Shown here in pieces: positions 27,863 to 36,061 of a DNA stretch of 64,000 nt (position 1 is the first letter of the stretch; each line of letters begins with the position of its first letter). The notes beneath the pieces were generated by a model, which saw only the letters and a program-made list of their open reading frames with translations, ran no database searches and was not told the origin of the DNA. Where the stretch lies: NCBI GenBank assembly GCA_900318305.1, contig ONKB01000056.1, forward strand, positions 360 to 64,359. The letters run 5' to 3'. Position numbers and translations under genes: made by a program. Source of the DNA: an uncultured Prevotellaceae bacterium. GTDB lineage: Bacteria > Bacteroidota > Bacteroidia > Bacteroidales > Bacteroidaceae.

Positions 27863-28030
27863 TTACAGCATCCCTGCCTTGCTCAGTATCTCATGAGCCA
27901 TAATACAGAGAGGATGCTGATCCTTGTTCTTGTTTCCCTTAAAGTCACGCTCGGCTTCTTCAGCACGGCGAAGAAACTCGCGTGCTTCCTTGCCTTTCAG
28001 CGTGGGGATTGCCTTAATTGCTGATGCCAT
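27863..28030 (-). CDS. 55-aa protein, antitoxin candidate
   Basis: Own translation: MASAIKAIPTLKGKEAREFLRRAEEAERDFKGNKNKDQHPLCIMAHEILSKAGML. Its stop lies 2 nt before the GNAT start. It is below the ORF-track size cutoff. Confidence 0.5.
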   Translation of the reverse strand: MASAIKAIPTLKGKEAREFLRRAEEAERDFKGNKNKDQHPLCIMAHEILSKAGML

Positions 28031-28061
28031 TGTTGTTTCTTCTAATTCCTATTCTATGTTG

Positions 28062-28069
28062 CAAAGATA
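28062..28069 (-). promoter_or_regulatory. -7 promoter box (TATCTTTG) for the small-protein/GNAT pair
   Basis: The minus strand reads TATCTTTG, 32 nt upstream of the ATG at 28030. Confidence 0.45.
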
Positions 28070-28317
28070 CGATATTTTTCTGAATCAGCAATGACAGGTA
28101 ATTTGTTTGGTGATACCTGTTCTTTATATCCAATGGATGGTACAACCTTAGTTTTCCTCCGACAAGCTCAGGAACCAGACACAAATCTTGTAAAGACTGA
28201 AATCAATTAAAGTGTTTTTCCTGTTTTTTTCTTTATTACAATCTCTAAGCCAACACAGAAATTTGCAGGTGAGCCAAAAATTTTGGGAAAACTTGGCGGA
28301 GATTAGAAATTATTATG

Positions 28318-28325
28318 TAATTTTG
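28318..28325 (+). promoter_or_regulatory. -7 promoter box (TAATTTTG) upstream of the lysine operon leader
   Basis: TAATTTTG on the plus strand, about 190 nt upstream of the M20 gene ATG. No good -33 element was seen. Confidence 0.4.
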
Positions 28326-28379
28326 CATGCGAAAATGCAATACTCTTGAATTTTTATGCAAGGCGGGTATAAACACAAT

Positions 28380-28430
28380 ATGAAACGTATGAAAAAACAC
28401 GAAGCTTCGATGTTTCAGGTTGTGGCATGA
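28380..28430 (+). CDS. 16-codon mini-ORF in the lysine operon leader (speculative)
   Basis: Own translation: MKRMKKHEASMFQVVA, located between the candidate promoter and the terminator. Confidence 0.2.
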   Translation: MKRMKKHEASMFQVVA

Positions 28431-28466
28431 TTGGAATCAAAACTTTGGATTAATGAATATGCATTA

Positions 28467-28492
28467 GGCGACCTGAGAGGGTCGCCTTTTTT
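28467..28492 (+). terminator. canonical intrinsic terminator 25 nt upstream of the lysine operon
   Basis: GGCGACC-TGAGAG-GGTCGCC followed by T6. There is no protein gene upstream on this strand. Confidence 0.7.
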
Positions 28493-28517
28493 GATAATTT
28501 CAGAATGACTCGGACAC

Positions 28518-29531
28518 ATGGATATACAATTGTTTAAGGATATGCTCAGTATGGACTCGACATCGTCAAGGGAGGGCGCCCTGGCGCTGATGCTGGCGGA
28601 GAGGCTGAAGACTGAACACAACAAGGTGGAGCTCATGCCGGTGGGTGAGGATACCTACAACCTGATGCTGACCTGGGATGAGCCGGTGGTGATGATGTGT
28701 ACCCATCTGGACACGGTTCCGCCCTATATGGCTCCTGTCTTTGAGGGCGACCGGGTGAGCGGAAGGGGTACCTGCGATGCCAAAGGGCAAATCATGGCGC
28801 TCTACGGCGCTTGTCTTGAACTGGAACGGCGGGGATGCAAGGATTTCGGCCTGCTGCTGCTGGCAAGCGAGGAGACGGGATCGGTGGGTGCCAGGTGGTT
28901 CAGCAGGACACAGAAAGGCTGCGAGTGGCTCATCGTGGGCGAGCCTACTGACTGTATGATGGCTTCGGCAGCGAAGGGGACAAAGTCCTTCCACCTGACT
29001 TTCACGGGACGTGCGTGCCATTCGGGTTATCCCCAAAACGGGAGAAGTGCCATTGACGGGTTCCTGGATTTCGCTGAGGCGCTCAGAAACCATACTTTTG
29101 ACAACGACACCCTGCTGGGGGAGACGACATGGAACATAGGGAACCTGATGAGCGGAAATCCGAAGAATATCCTGAGCGACAGACTGCAGTGTGACATTTA
29201 CTTCAGGACGACATTTGTGTCGGACGGCATCGTCGAGGAGTGTCTGAGGAATATCATAGTGAACGACAGGATGCTGGGGGATAGCGTGGAACTTCAGGCC
29301 TTTGGCGGTGACTGCCCGGGATATTTCGAGACGTTTGACGATATGGCATCGGGACCGGTGGCCTTTGGCAGCGATGCGCCCCACCTGAAGGATTTCCGCC
29401 ACAAGATACTGTGCGGACCGGGCTCTATACTGGTGGCGCATACGCCACAGGAGTATGTCTTGCTGAGTGAAATAGAAAGAGCCACAGAACTGTATGTGAG
29501 AATGTATGACAAAATAAAGAACACATTATAA
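28518..29531 (+). CDS. M20 family metallopeptidase (ArgE/DapE-like; succinyl-DAP desuccinylase candidate)
   Basis: 337 aa with the motifs HLDTVP, GRGTCDAKG and ASEETGSVGA. It is the first gene of the DAP operon. Confidence 0.75.
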   Translation: MDIQLFKDMLSMDSTSSREGALALMLAERLKTEHNKVELMPVGEDTYNLMLTWDEPVVMMCTHLDTVPPYMAPVFEGDRVSGRGTCDAKGQIMALYGACLELERRGCKDFGLLLLASEETGSVGARWFSRTQKGCEWLIVGEPTDCMMASAAKGTKSFHLTFTGRACHSGYPQNGRSAIDGFLDFAEALRNHTFDNDTLLGETTWNIGNLMSGNPKNILSDRLQCDIYFRTTFVSDGIVEECLRNIIVNDRMLGDSVELQAFGGDCPGYFETFDDMASGPVAFGSDAPHLKDFRHKILCGPGSILVAHTPQEYVLLSEIERATELYVRMYDKIKNTL

Positions 29532-29544
29532 AAATAGTATTCAA

Positions 29545-30909
29545 ATGATTGTAATGAAATTTGGCGGCACATCGGTAGGCGGCTGCGAGGAAATGGCCCG
29601 CGTCGTCTCGATTGTGCAACAGAAACTGGATCAGAGACCGGTGGTGGTGACATCGGCGATGTCGGGAATGACGGATCTTCTCTACAGGATTGCCGACAAG
29701 GCTGAACAGCATGATGAGACGGCTATGGAAGAGCTGCTCGACAAACTGCGCAACCACCATGTGGAGGTGGCTGAGCGACTGCTGGAACGGAATGTGGATG
29801 TGATGCTGCAGACTACGTCGAGAGTGAACGAGATTTGTGACGAACTGGAGGCATACACCAAGGCTATATGTGTGCTTGGCGAACTCTCGGACCGGAGCAA
29901 GGCGCTGATTATCAGTAACGGTGAACTGCTGTCATCGACCATCCTGGCAAGTGCCATGCAGGTGGCTGGTATCAAAACGGCCTGGGTGGATGCACGCAAA
30001 ATGATGATAACCAACCATTACCACCTCAAGGGTGAGCCTGTGATACCGGAGATTGAACGGCGTGTGCCCCAGGTGATTGCCGAAGAGGGAAATGGGGCTG
30101 ATGTGGTGCTGACCCAGGGATTCATCTCTGCCGATATGGACGGCGAACCCACGGTGCTGGGCAGGGGCGGCAGCGACTACTCGGCATCGCTTATTGCCAT
30201 GGCTCTGAATGCCAGCGCCATTGAGATATGGACTGATGTTGACGGGGTGCTTACGGCTGACCCCAACAAGGTGAAGACGGCCAAACGGCTGGAGCGTATC
30301 TCGTTTGAGGAGGCTGCCGAGATGGCTCATTTCGGCGCCAAGGTGCTGCATCCGCTAACCATCGAGCCGGCCATCAAGAAGAATATTCCCATTTATGTGC
30401 TGAACTCCAGGAAACCTGGTAGCGTGGGGACGTCAATACTGGACCACAGCGATATTCCCGACGGTGCCAAGTCGATATCCTACAAGGAGAATATACTGGT
30501 AATAAATATCTTCTCAACGAAGATGATTAATGCCTCGGGTTTCCTGGGCAAGGTGTTTGATATCTTCAGCGTGAACAAAGTGTCGGTTGACCTTATCAGT
30601 ACGTCGGAAGCCAACATCTCGGTGACGGTAGATGACGGTCAGGACATCGGCAAGGTACTGGAGGAACTCTCGGAGTTTGCCACCATTGAGGTGGACAAGG
30701 GAAAAGCCCAGATATCTGTTGTGGGCCAGAACCTGATCAACCAGCCTGGTGTGCTGGACAAGATTTTCGCCCCCTTGGAGGAACGTATATACATGGTGTC
30801 GCAGGGCGCCTCGTTGATAAACTTAAGTATTGTGGTTGATAAGCAGGCCATGGATGGTACAATCAAGGCTATCCACAATGCATTCTTTGAACAGGAGGGA
30901 GCCCTATGA
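29545..30909 (+). CDS. lysC: aspartate kinase (monofunctional)
   Basis: 454 aa with MKFGGTSVG, GRGGSDYSASLIA and C-terminal ACT repeats. Confidence 0.9.
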   Translation: MIVMKFGGTSVGGCEEMARVVSIVQQKLDQRPVVVTSAMSGMTDLLYRIADKAEQHDETAMEELLDKLRNHHVEVAERLLERNVDVMLQTTSRVNEICDELEAYTKAICVLGELSDRSKALIISNGELLSSTILASAMQVAGIKTAWVDARKMMITNHYHLKGEPVIPEIERRVPQVIAEEGNGADVVLTQGFISADMDGEPTVLGRGGSDYSASLIAMALNASAIEIWTDVDGVLTADPNKVKTAKRLERISFEEAAEMAHFGAKVLHPLTIEPAIKKNIPIYVLNSRKPGSVGTSILDHSDIPDGAKSISYKENILVINIFSTKMINASGFLGKVFDIFSVNKVSVDLISTSEANISVTVDDGQDIGKVLEELSEFATIEVDKGKAQISVVGQNLINQPGVLDKIFAPLEERIYMVSQGASLINLSIVVDKQAMDGTIKAIHNAFFEQEGAL

Positions 30910-31583
30910 AAGTGTTTATCAGCGGATATGGCAAGATGGGACATATCGTGGAAAAACTCCTGAGAGAGAAGGGACTGGAATGCTCTGGCGTGAGTGAGGA
31001 CGTGACTTCTGCCGATGTCAGGACGGCTGCCGAGAGCGTGTGCATAGATTTCACCACTCCCCAGGCAATACGCCAGAACTATGTTTTCCTGGCAGAGCAT
31101 TTCAAAGCCGTGGTGATTGGCACTACGGGCTGGGACGATATCAGGGACGAGGTGACCGGGTGTTTTGAGAAAAACAAGACGACGCTGGTGTACTCATCCA
31201 ATTTCTCCATTGGCGTGAATGTCTTTTTCAGACTTGCCGAGGAGGCCGCACGGCTTCTGGGTGGCGCAGGCGGATACATGCCTTATATTGAGGAGAAGCA
31301 CCATTGCCACAAACTGGACCGTCCGAGCGGAACTGCCAAGATGCTGGAGGAAATTATTGCCAGCGGGATGAAGGTGAAGCCTGATATGGCTTCGGTGAGA
31401 TGCGGAGAAATCCCCGGGATACATACAGTAGGATTCGAGGGGATGAACGACAGGATAGCGCTGACCCATGAGGCTTTCTCAAGAGAGGGCTTTGCCGAGG
31501 GCGCTATAGAGGCCGCTGTGAAGGCTGACAGCCTGGCTGTGGGAGTATATAAATTCAAGGATATTATTTTCAGAACGAATTGA
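30906..31583 (+). CDS. dapB: 4-hydroxy-tetrahydrodipicolinate reductase
   Basis: 225 aa with the EEKHHCHKLDRPSGTA motif. There is a 4-nt overlap with lysC. Confidence 0.85.
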   Translation: MKVFISGYGKMGHIVEKLLREKGLECSGVSEDVTSADVRTAAESVCIDFTTPQAIRQNYVFLAEHFKAVVIGTTGWDDIRDEVTGCFEKNKTTLVYSSNFSIGVNVFFRLAEEAARLLGGAGGYMPYIEEKHHCHKLDRPSGTAKMLEEIIASGMKVKPDMASVRCGEIPGIHTVGFEGMNDRIALTHEAFSREGFAEGAIEAAVKADSLAVGVYKFKDIIFRTN

Positions 31584-31587
31584 CGCT

Positions 31588-32469
31588 ATGGGACATTTGA
31601 AATTTTCAGGATGCGGAACAGCATTGGTAACACCGTTCAAGGATAATGGCGGTGCTGTGGATTATGATGCGATGGGCAAACTGGTGGATCGCCAGATGTC
31701 GGCGGGAATTCATTTCCTTGTCCCATTGGGTACTACGGGTGAGACGCCTTGTCTGACCAGTGTGGAAAAGATAAAACTGCTGCAGGTGACAAAGGAACAT
31801 GCAACATGTCCCATTGTCGTAGGCGGCGGCACGAACTCGCTGGCACAAACCATTGAGAGCATGAGACTGCTTGAGCCTTTCGGGCTGGATGCTTTCCTTA
31901 TTGTTGTGCCTTATTATAACAAACCTACCCAGAAGGGGCTGTATGAGTATTTCAAAGCTGTCTCGCAAGAGACAGACAAGGATATCATCCTGTATAATGT
32001 GCCGGGAAGAACTGGTGCCAACCTGGAGGCGGAGACGACGCTGAGACTGGCTGAGATAGATAATATCGTTGCTATCAAGGAGGCATCGGGACGCTATGGG
32101 CAGATTTCACAGGTTATACGCAACAAACCGGACAATTTCAGCGTGCTCAGCGGTAACGACGACGAGACGCTGTCGCTCATGGCAACAGGCGCCGACGGCG
32201 TTATCAGCGTGGCTTCCAACGTAGACCCTCAAAGGATGGTCCAGCTGGTTGAGGCCCTCAAGGTGGACAATATGGCAGAGGCGCGGCAGCTGCATTACCG
32301 GCTGATGCCTCTCTTCAAGAATTGTTTCGTGGAGAGCAATCCTATCCCTGCCAAGGCTGCCCTGGCACAGCTGGGATTATGTGAGAACAGCCTGCGACTG
32401 CCGCTGGTACCGGCAACTCCGGATACTGAGCAGTTGATGAAAGAAACTTTGAAGGATCTGGAACTATGA
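31588..32469 (+). CDS. dapA: 4-hydroxy-tetrahydrodipicolinate synthase
   Basis: 293 aa with GCGTALVTPF, GTTGE and the IKEASG Schiff-base lysine block. Confidence 0.9.
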   Translation: MGHLKFSGCGTALVTPFKDNGGAVDYDAMGKLVDRQMSAGIHFLVPLGTTGETPCLTSVEKIKLLQVTKEHATCPIVVGGGTNSLAQTIESMRLLEPFGLDAFLIVVPYYNKPTQKGLYEYFKAVSQETDKDIILYNVPGRTGANLEAETTLRLAEIDNIVAIKEASGRYGQISQVIRNKPDNFSVLSGNDDETLSLMATGADGVISVASNVDPQRMVQLVEALKVDNMAEARQLHYRLMPLFKNCFVESNPIPAKAALAQLGLCENSLRLPLVPATPDTEQLMKETLKDLEL

Positions 32470-33236
32470 CGGCAAAGACATCTTTTTATGATATCCGCAA
32501 GGGGCTGGAAGACGGCTCTGTAAGGGTGGCTGAGAAAGTGAATGGTGAATGGAGGGTCAATGCTGCCGTCAAGGAAGCCATACTGGATGGATTCCGTCTC
32601 GGCACGCTTACTGATATGTCGGAAGGACAATTCTCCTTCTTTGACAAAGATACCATCCCTGCAAGGAAGTTTGCTGCCACAGACAATATCCGTATTGTGC
32701 CTGGCGGCAGCAGTATTCGCTCGGGGGCCTATCTGGCACCGGGGGTTATCGTCATGCCTCCTTCATATGTCAATATCGGGGCCTATGTGGGCAGCGGGAC
32801 GATGATTGACTCTCATGTCCTGGTGGGCTCGTGTGCGCAGATAGGCAAGAACGTCCATCTCTCGGCTGGAACGCAGATAGGTGGCGTCCTGGAACCCGTA
32901 GGGGCTTTGCCTGTCATCATAGAGGATAACGCTTTCGTGGGCGGTAATTGTGGAATATATGAGGGTACTGTGGTCCGTGAGCGTGCGGTGATAGCCACGG
33001 GTGTCATTATCAATAGCTCCACCGCTGTATTTGACGCTGTCAAGGGTGAGTTCCTGCCACGCCTGGAGAGTGGACAAACTGAGATTCCTGCCGGTGCCGT
33101 GGTCGTGGCAGGCAGCCGTCCTGTCAGACATGGAAAGGGGATGGAACAGGGAATTCATCTGTATTGTCCTGTCATCGTGAAGTATCGTGACGACAAGACG
33201 TCAACCTCAATTGAACTGGAGGACCTGTTAAGATAG
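32466..33236 (+). CDS. dapD: tetrahydrodipicolinate N-succinyltransferase
   Basis: 256 aa. The N-terminal VRVAEKVNGEWRVNAAVKEAIL block is like DapD, followed by hexapeptide repeats. There is a 4-nt overlap with dapA. Confidence 0.8.
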   Translation: MTAKTSFYDIRKGLEDGSVRVAEKVNGEWRVNAAVKEAILDGFRLGTLTDMSEGQFSFFDKDTIPARKFAATDNIRIVPGGSSIRSGAYLAPGVIVMPPSYVNIGAYVGSGTMIDSHVLVGSCAQIGKNVHLSAGTQIGGVLEPVGALPVIIEDNAFVGGNCGIYEGTVVRERAVIATGVIINSSTAVFDAVKGEFLPRLESGQTEIPAGAVVVAGSRPVRHGKGMEQGIHLYCPVIVKYRDDKTSTSIELEDLLR

Positions 33237-33243
33237 CCGGACA

Positions 33244-34449
33244 ATGGAAAACAGACATTTTGCATTCTCTGACGATGTGGGTTCGTTCTTCCGCTCGCCT
33301 GTAAGAGATATTTTCAAGAAGGTGGACCTGAACGCCATCTATTCCTTCGCAGGTGGCTATCCGTCTGCTGAGACTTTTCCTCTGTCCCAAATCAGAACGC
33401 TGGTGGATGTCGTGATGGAGAAATATGGCTCCCGGGCATTCCAGTATGGTGCCACACAGGGTGTCAACGAACTGCAGGAGGCCATTGCCAGACGTTACGG
33501 CGTGGATGCGGGTCGGGTGCAGATAACCACTTCGTCGCAACAGGGCATTGATGTGCTGACGCGGGTCATGATAAATCCCCACGATGTGATCATTACTTCC
33601 GCACCGACTTATCTGGGGGCTTTGCAGTCGTTTGCCTCTTATAGGGCTGATGTCGTGGGGGTTCCCAGACAGAGAAGCCTGAAGGCATTTGCCGACAGTT
33701 ACGACGAGGCTATAACGGCTTGCCGGCAGGCAGGGAAACAGGTGAAGATGATTTACATTATCCCTGACTTCCAGAATCCGTCGGGAGAGACGCTCACCCT
33801 GGATGAGCGTCAGGCTTTGGCTGACCTGGCAGAGAAATACAACCTGCTGATTGTTGAGGATAGTCCTTACAGGAGTTTGCGCTATGAGGGTGAGCCGCTG
33901 CCTACGATATATAGCCTTATGCCCGAGAGGGTCATCCACCTGGGCTCGTTCTCCAAGATTTTCGCCCCGGGCTTCCGCCTGGGATGGATGATAGGAAACG
34001 AGGACGTGCTGGAGAAGGTCTATGTGTGCAAGCAGTCCCTGGACCTCTGCCCGCCTGTAATGGATCAGTATATCGCAACTGAGTATCTGGAGTCGGGCGC
34101 GCTGGACCAGAACCTGAAAGAAACCATTAAGCTCTATCGCCATAAAAGGGACCTGCTCGACAGTTTGCTGCATGAATATATGCCTGAGAACGTGAGATGG
34201 GAAAAACCCCAGGGGGGATTGTTCGTCTTTCTGACCCTGCCCCAGCAGACAGATACCGTGAAAATGTACGATATGGCATTGTCCCGAGAGGTGGCCTATG
34301 TGGCAGGTTCGTTTTTCTACCCGGGTGGCAATATGGGAAGAAACACCATGAGACTGAATTTCTCGTTCATAGATGCCAGCCGTATGGAGAAGGGAATCCA
34401 AATCCTCGCTGACGTGATACGGCAGAGCTGTAGTGAAAACGGTCTTTGA
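33244..34449 (+). CDS. class I/II PLP-dependent aminotransferase (N-succinyl-DAP aminotransferase candidate)
   Basis: 401 aa with the SFSKIFAPGFRLGW PLP-lysine motif. It is the last gene of the operon, 7 nt after dapD. Confidence 0.75.
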   Translation: MENRHFAFSDDVGSFFRSPVRDIFKKVDLNAIYSFAGGYPSAETFPLSQIRTLVDVVMEKYGSRAFQYGATQGVNELQEAIARRYGVDAGRVQITTSSQQGIDVLTRVMINPHDVIITSAPTYLGALQSFASYRADVVGVPRQRSLKAFADSYDEAITACRQAGKQVKMIYIIPDFQNPSGETLTLDERQALADLAEKYNLLIVEDSPYRSLRYEGEPLPTIYSLMPERVIHLGSFSKIFAPGFRLGWMIGNEDVLEKVYVCKQSLDLCPPVMDQYIATEYLESGALDQNLKETIKLYRHKRDLLDSLLHEYMPENVRWEKPQGGLFVFLTLPQQTDTVKMYDMALSREVAYVAGSFFYPGGNMGRNTMRLNFSFIDASRMEKGIQILADVIRQSCSENGL

Positions 34450-34653
34450 CTGTTTTTTGTAAAAGCATCTTGCCAATAAGGTTTGAATAAAAAAAATAGT
34501 GTATCTTTGCATACAATTTGCATGCAAAGTCCCTTGGGAACTGTCTGTAAAAGGACAAAAAAGCATGCAAGGAGATGTTATGTATTCAGAGAAACAAAAT
34601 AAGGCAGGAGCCGTCTCCTGTATGATATAAGGGTTTTGTGATAGTTTGCTGAC

Positions 34654-35862
34654 GTGAAAGTATTAATTGTTACAAACCATTTTAAGCCTGAGTCATTTCG
34701 GATAAACGATGTGGCGTTTGTTCTGGCCCAGAAGGGATATGAGGTGAAAGTTCTGACGAGCATACCTGATTATCCGCAGGGTAAGTTCTATGACGGCTAT
34801 TCCCTTTTCAAGAAGAGGACTGAGAAAGTGGACGGTGTGACCATTGTCCGTGTCCCTGTCATTCCCAAAGGAAACGGCAAGAAGATGCGGATGGTGCTGA
34901 ATTACATGTCCACTGTGTTTTTCTTTACTTTATATGGCTTGTACCAGGCTTTGTTCGGACGTTTCGATTGTGTTTTCGTACATGACACTTCCCCGGCATT
35001 CATCATTATCCCTGCGTTGATTGTAAAGAAGATACAGAGGATTCCCATGTATCTCTGGATTCTGGATATGTGGCCGGAGAGCCTTGTTGCAGGTGGCATA
35101 CACAGCAAGACTATCTACGGAATGGTTGAGAGGATGATGGGCTGTTTCTACAGGAACAGCAAGAAAATCCTGATATCTTCTTCGGGATTCCGCCGGATGC
35201 TTACTGCTAAGGGAGTGGCCGACGAAAAGGTAGTGTATCTTCCCAACTGGTGTGACGAGGCGGTGATTTCGTGCAGCCATAGTGAGATTCCTGAACTGCC
35301 CGAAGGTTTCAAAATTATGTTTGCAGGCAATTATGGCGAGGCCCAGAATCTGACGAATGTCTTCAAAGCCGCCAAAATGACCAGGGAACATAAGCATATC
35401 CAATGGCTTTTCGTGGGCGACGGCAGGAAAAAACGGTGGGCCGACCAGTTTGTGAGCGAGAATGACCTGGCTGACACCGTACACCAATACGGCAGATACC
35501 CCATTGAGACCATGTCGTCGTTCTTTGAACAGGCCGACATCATGCTGCTGCCTCTTTGCAATCAGCTCGTCTTCAACATGACCCTCCCTGCCAAGATTCA
35601 GGCGTACATGGCCATAGGCAAGCCTATCATGGGTATCATCAATGGCGAGGGTGCCGATGTCATCAGGAAGTCTGAGTGCGGGTGGTGTGTTGACGCCGAT
35701 GACTACGAGGACCTCGCACGCAAGGTCATAGAAATCTCCAGCATGTCCAGGGAGGAATTGGCAAGACTCGGGGCAAATGGTCACGAGTACTATAAAAAGA
35801 ATTTCACCAAGGACAGCTGCATTGGCCGCATCGAAAGAATAATTACTGATAAAGATGTCTGA
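34654..35862 (+). CDS. glycosyltransferase family 4 (WcaI/WbuB-like)
   Basis: 402 aa with a GTG start. VKVLIVTNHFKPESFRINDVA is typical of WcaI-like GT4 enzymes. Confidence 0.75.
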   Translation: MKVLIVTNHFKPESFRINDVAFVLAQKGYEVKVLTSIPDYPQGKFYDGYSLFKKRTEKVDGVTIVRVPVIPKGNGKKMRMVLNYMSTVFFFTLYGLYQALFGRFDCVFVHDTSPAFIIIPALIVKKIQRIPMYLWILDMWPESLVAGGIHSKTIYGMVERMMGCFYRNSKKILISSSGFRRMLTAKGVADEKVVYLPNWCDEAVISCSHSEIPELPEGFKIMFAGNYGEAQNLTNVFKAAKMTREHKHIQWLFVGDGRKKRWADQFVSENDLADTVHQYGRYPIETMSSFFEQADIMLLPLCNQLVFNMTLPAKIQAYMAIGKPIMGIINGEGADVIRKSECGWCVDADDYEDLARKVIEISSMSREELARLGANGHEYYKKNFTKDSCIGRIERIITDKDV

Positions 35863-35997
35863 GACGGCCTTGTGGGAAGAGCGGGTTTTGTAGTCTTCAC
35901 ATGACATTTTAATGACAGGGTCTTATTTTTGCAGGGAGACATTAGCCTGAAAGGCTAATTAATGGGGAATGAAAGCACTTAACCTGCCCAAAAATGC

Positions 35998-36005
35998 GTA
36001 ATTTT
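35998..36005 (+). promoter_or_regulatory. -7 promoter box (TAATTTTG) for the thr operon
   Basis: TAATTTTG 57 nt upstream of the thrA ATG at 36062. Confidence 0.4.
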
Positions 36006-36061
36006 GTATCTGGTTAAACTATATGGTACGGTTGTTTGTACCATTCATTTCTTATATCATA

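Noticed and set aside
28031-28517. Lysine riboswitch (L-box) upstream of the DAP/lysine operon.
   Set aside because: I could not find the conserved L-box helices or core motifs by eye, and the candidate leader is only about 160 nt. It is left as an unclassified leader or sRNA pending an Infernal scan.
33172-34566. 464-aa ORF on the minus strand, the longest of many long antisense ORFs. Others are 37118..38239, 39722..40897, 44922..45914, 34930..35907, 28566..29441, 19117..19992, 23539..24276 and 12700..13317.
   Set aside because: Each lies entirely opposite a gene with unmistakable family motifs (aminotransferase SFSK, thrA, thrC, carboxyltransferase, GT4, M20, the signal-peptide protein, metA, leuA). 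Their translations are Leu/Val/His/Arg-rich with no motifs, signal peptides or promoter boxes. They look like codon-bias shadow ORFs.
36022-36043. Hairpin ATGGTAC-N8-GTACCAT in the thrA leader as a threonine attenuator.
   Set aside because: No Thr/Ile-rich leader ORF exists; the only small ORFs are MGNEST and MTGSYFCRETLA. No U-run follows the stem, and the stem overlaps an in-frame upstream ATG that is probably not used.
36023-36061. Longer upstream starts offered by the ORF track. Examples: thrA at 36023, GH57-like at 5326, GHL10 at 57125 (TTG), the ATP-grasp-like gene at 54094, the lipoprotein at 58425, and the second GHL10 at 62016.
   Set aside because: The extensions precede obvious native N-termini (MKVLKFGGTSVG, signal peptides, lipobox). 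They also overlap the -7 promoter boxes or the upstream gene. Internal Met starts were used instead.
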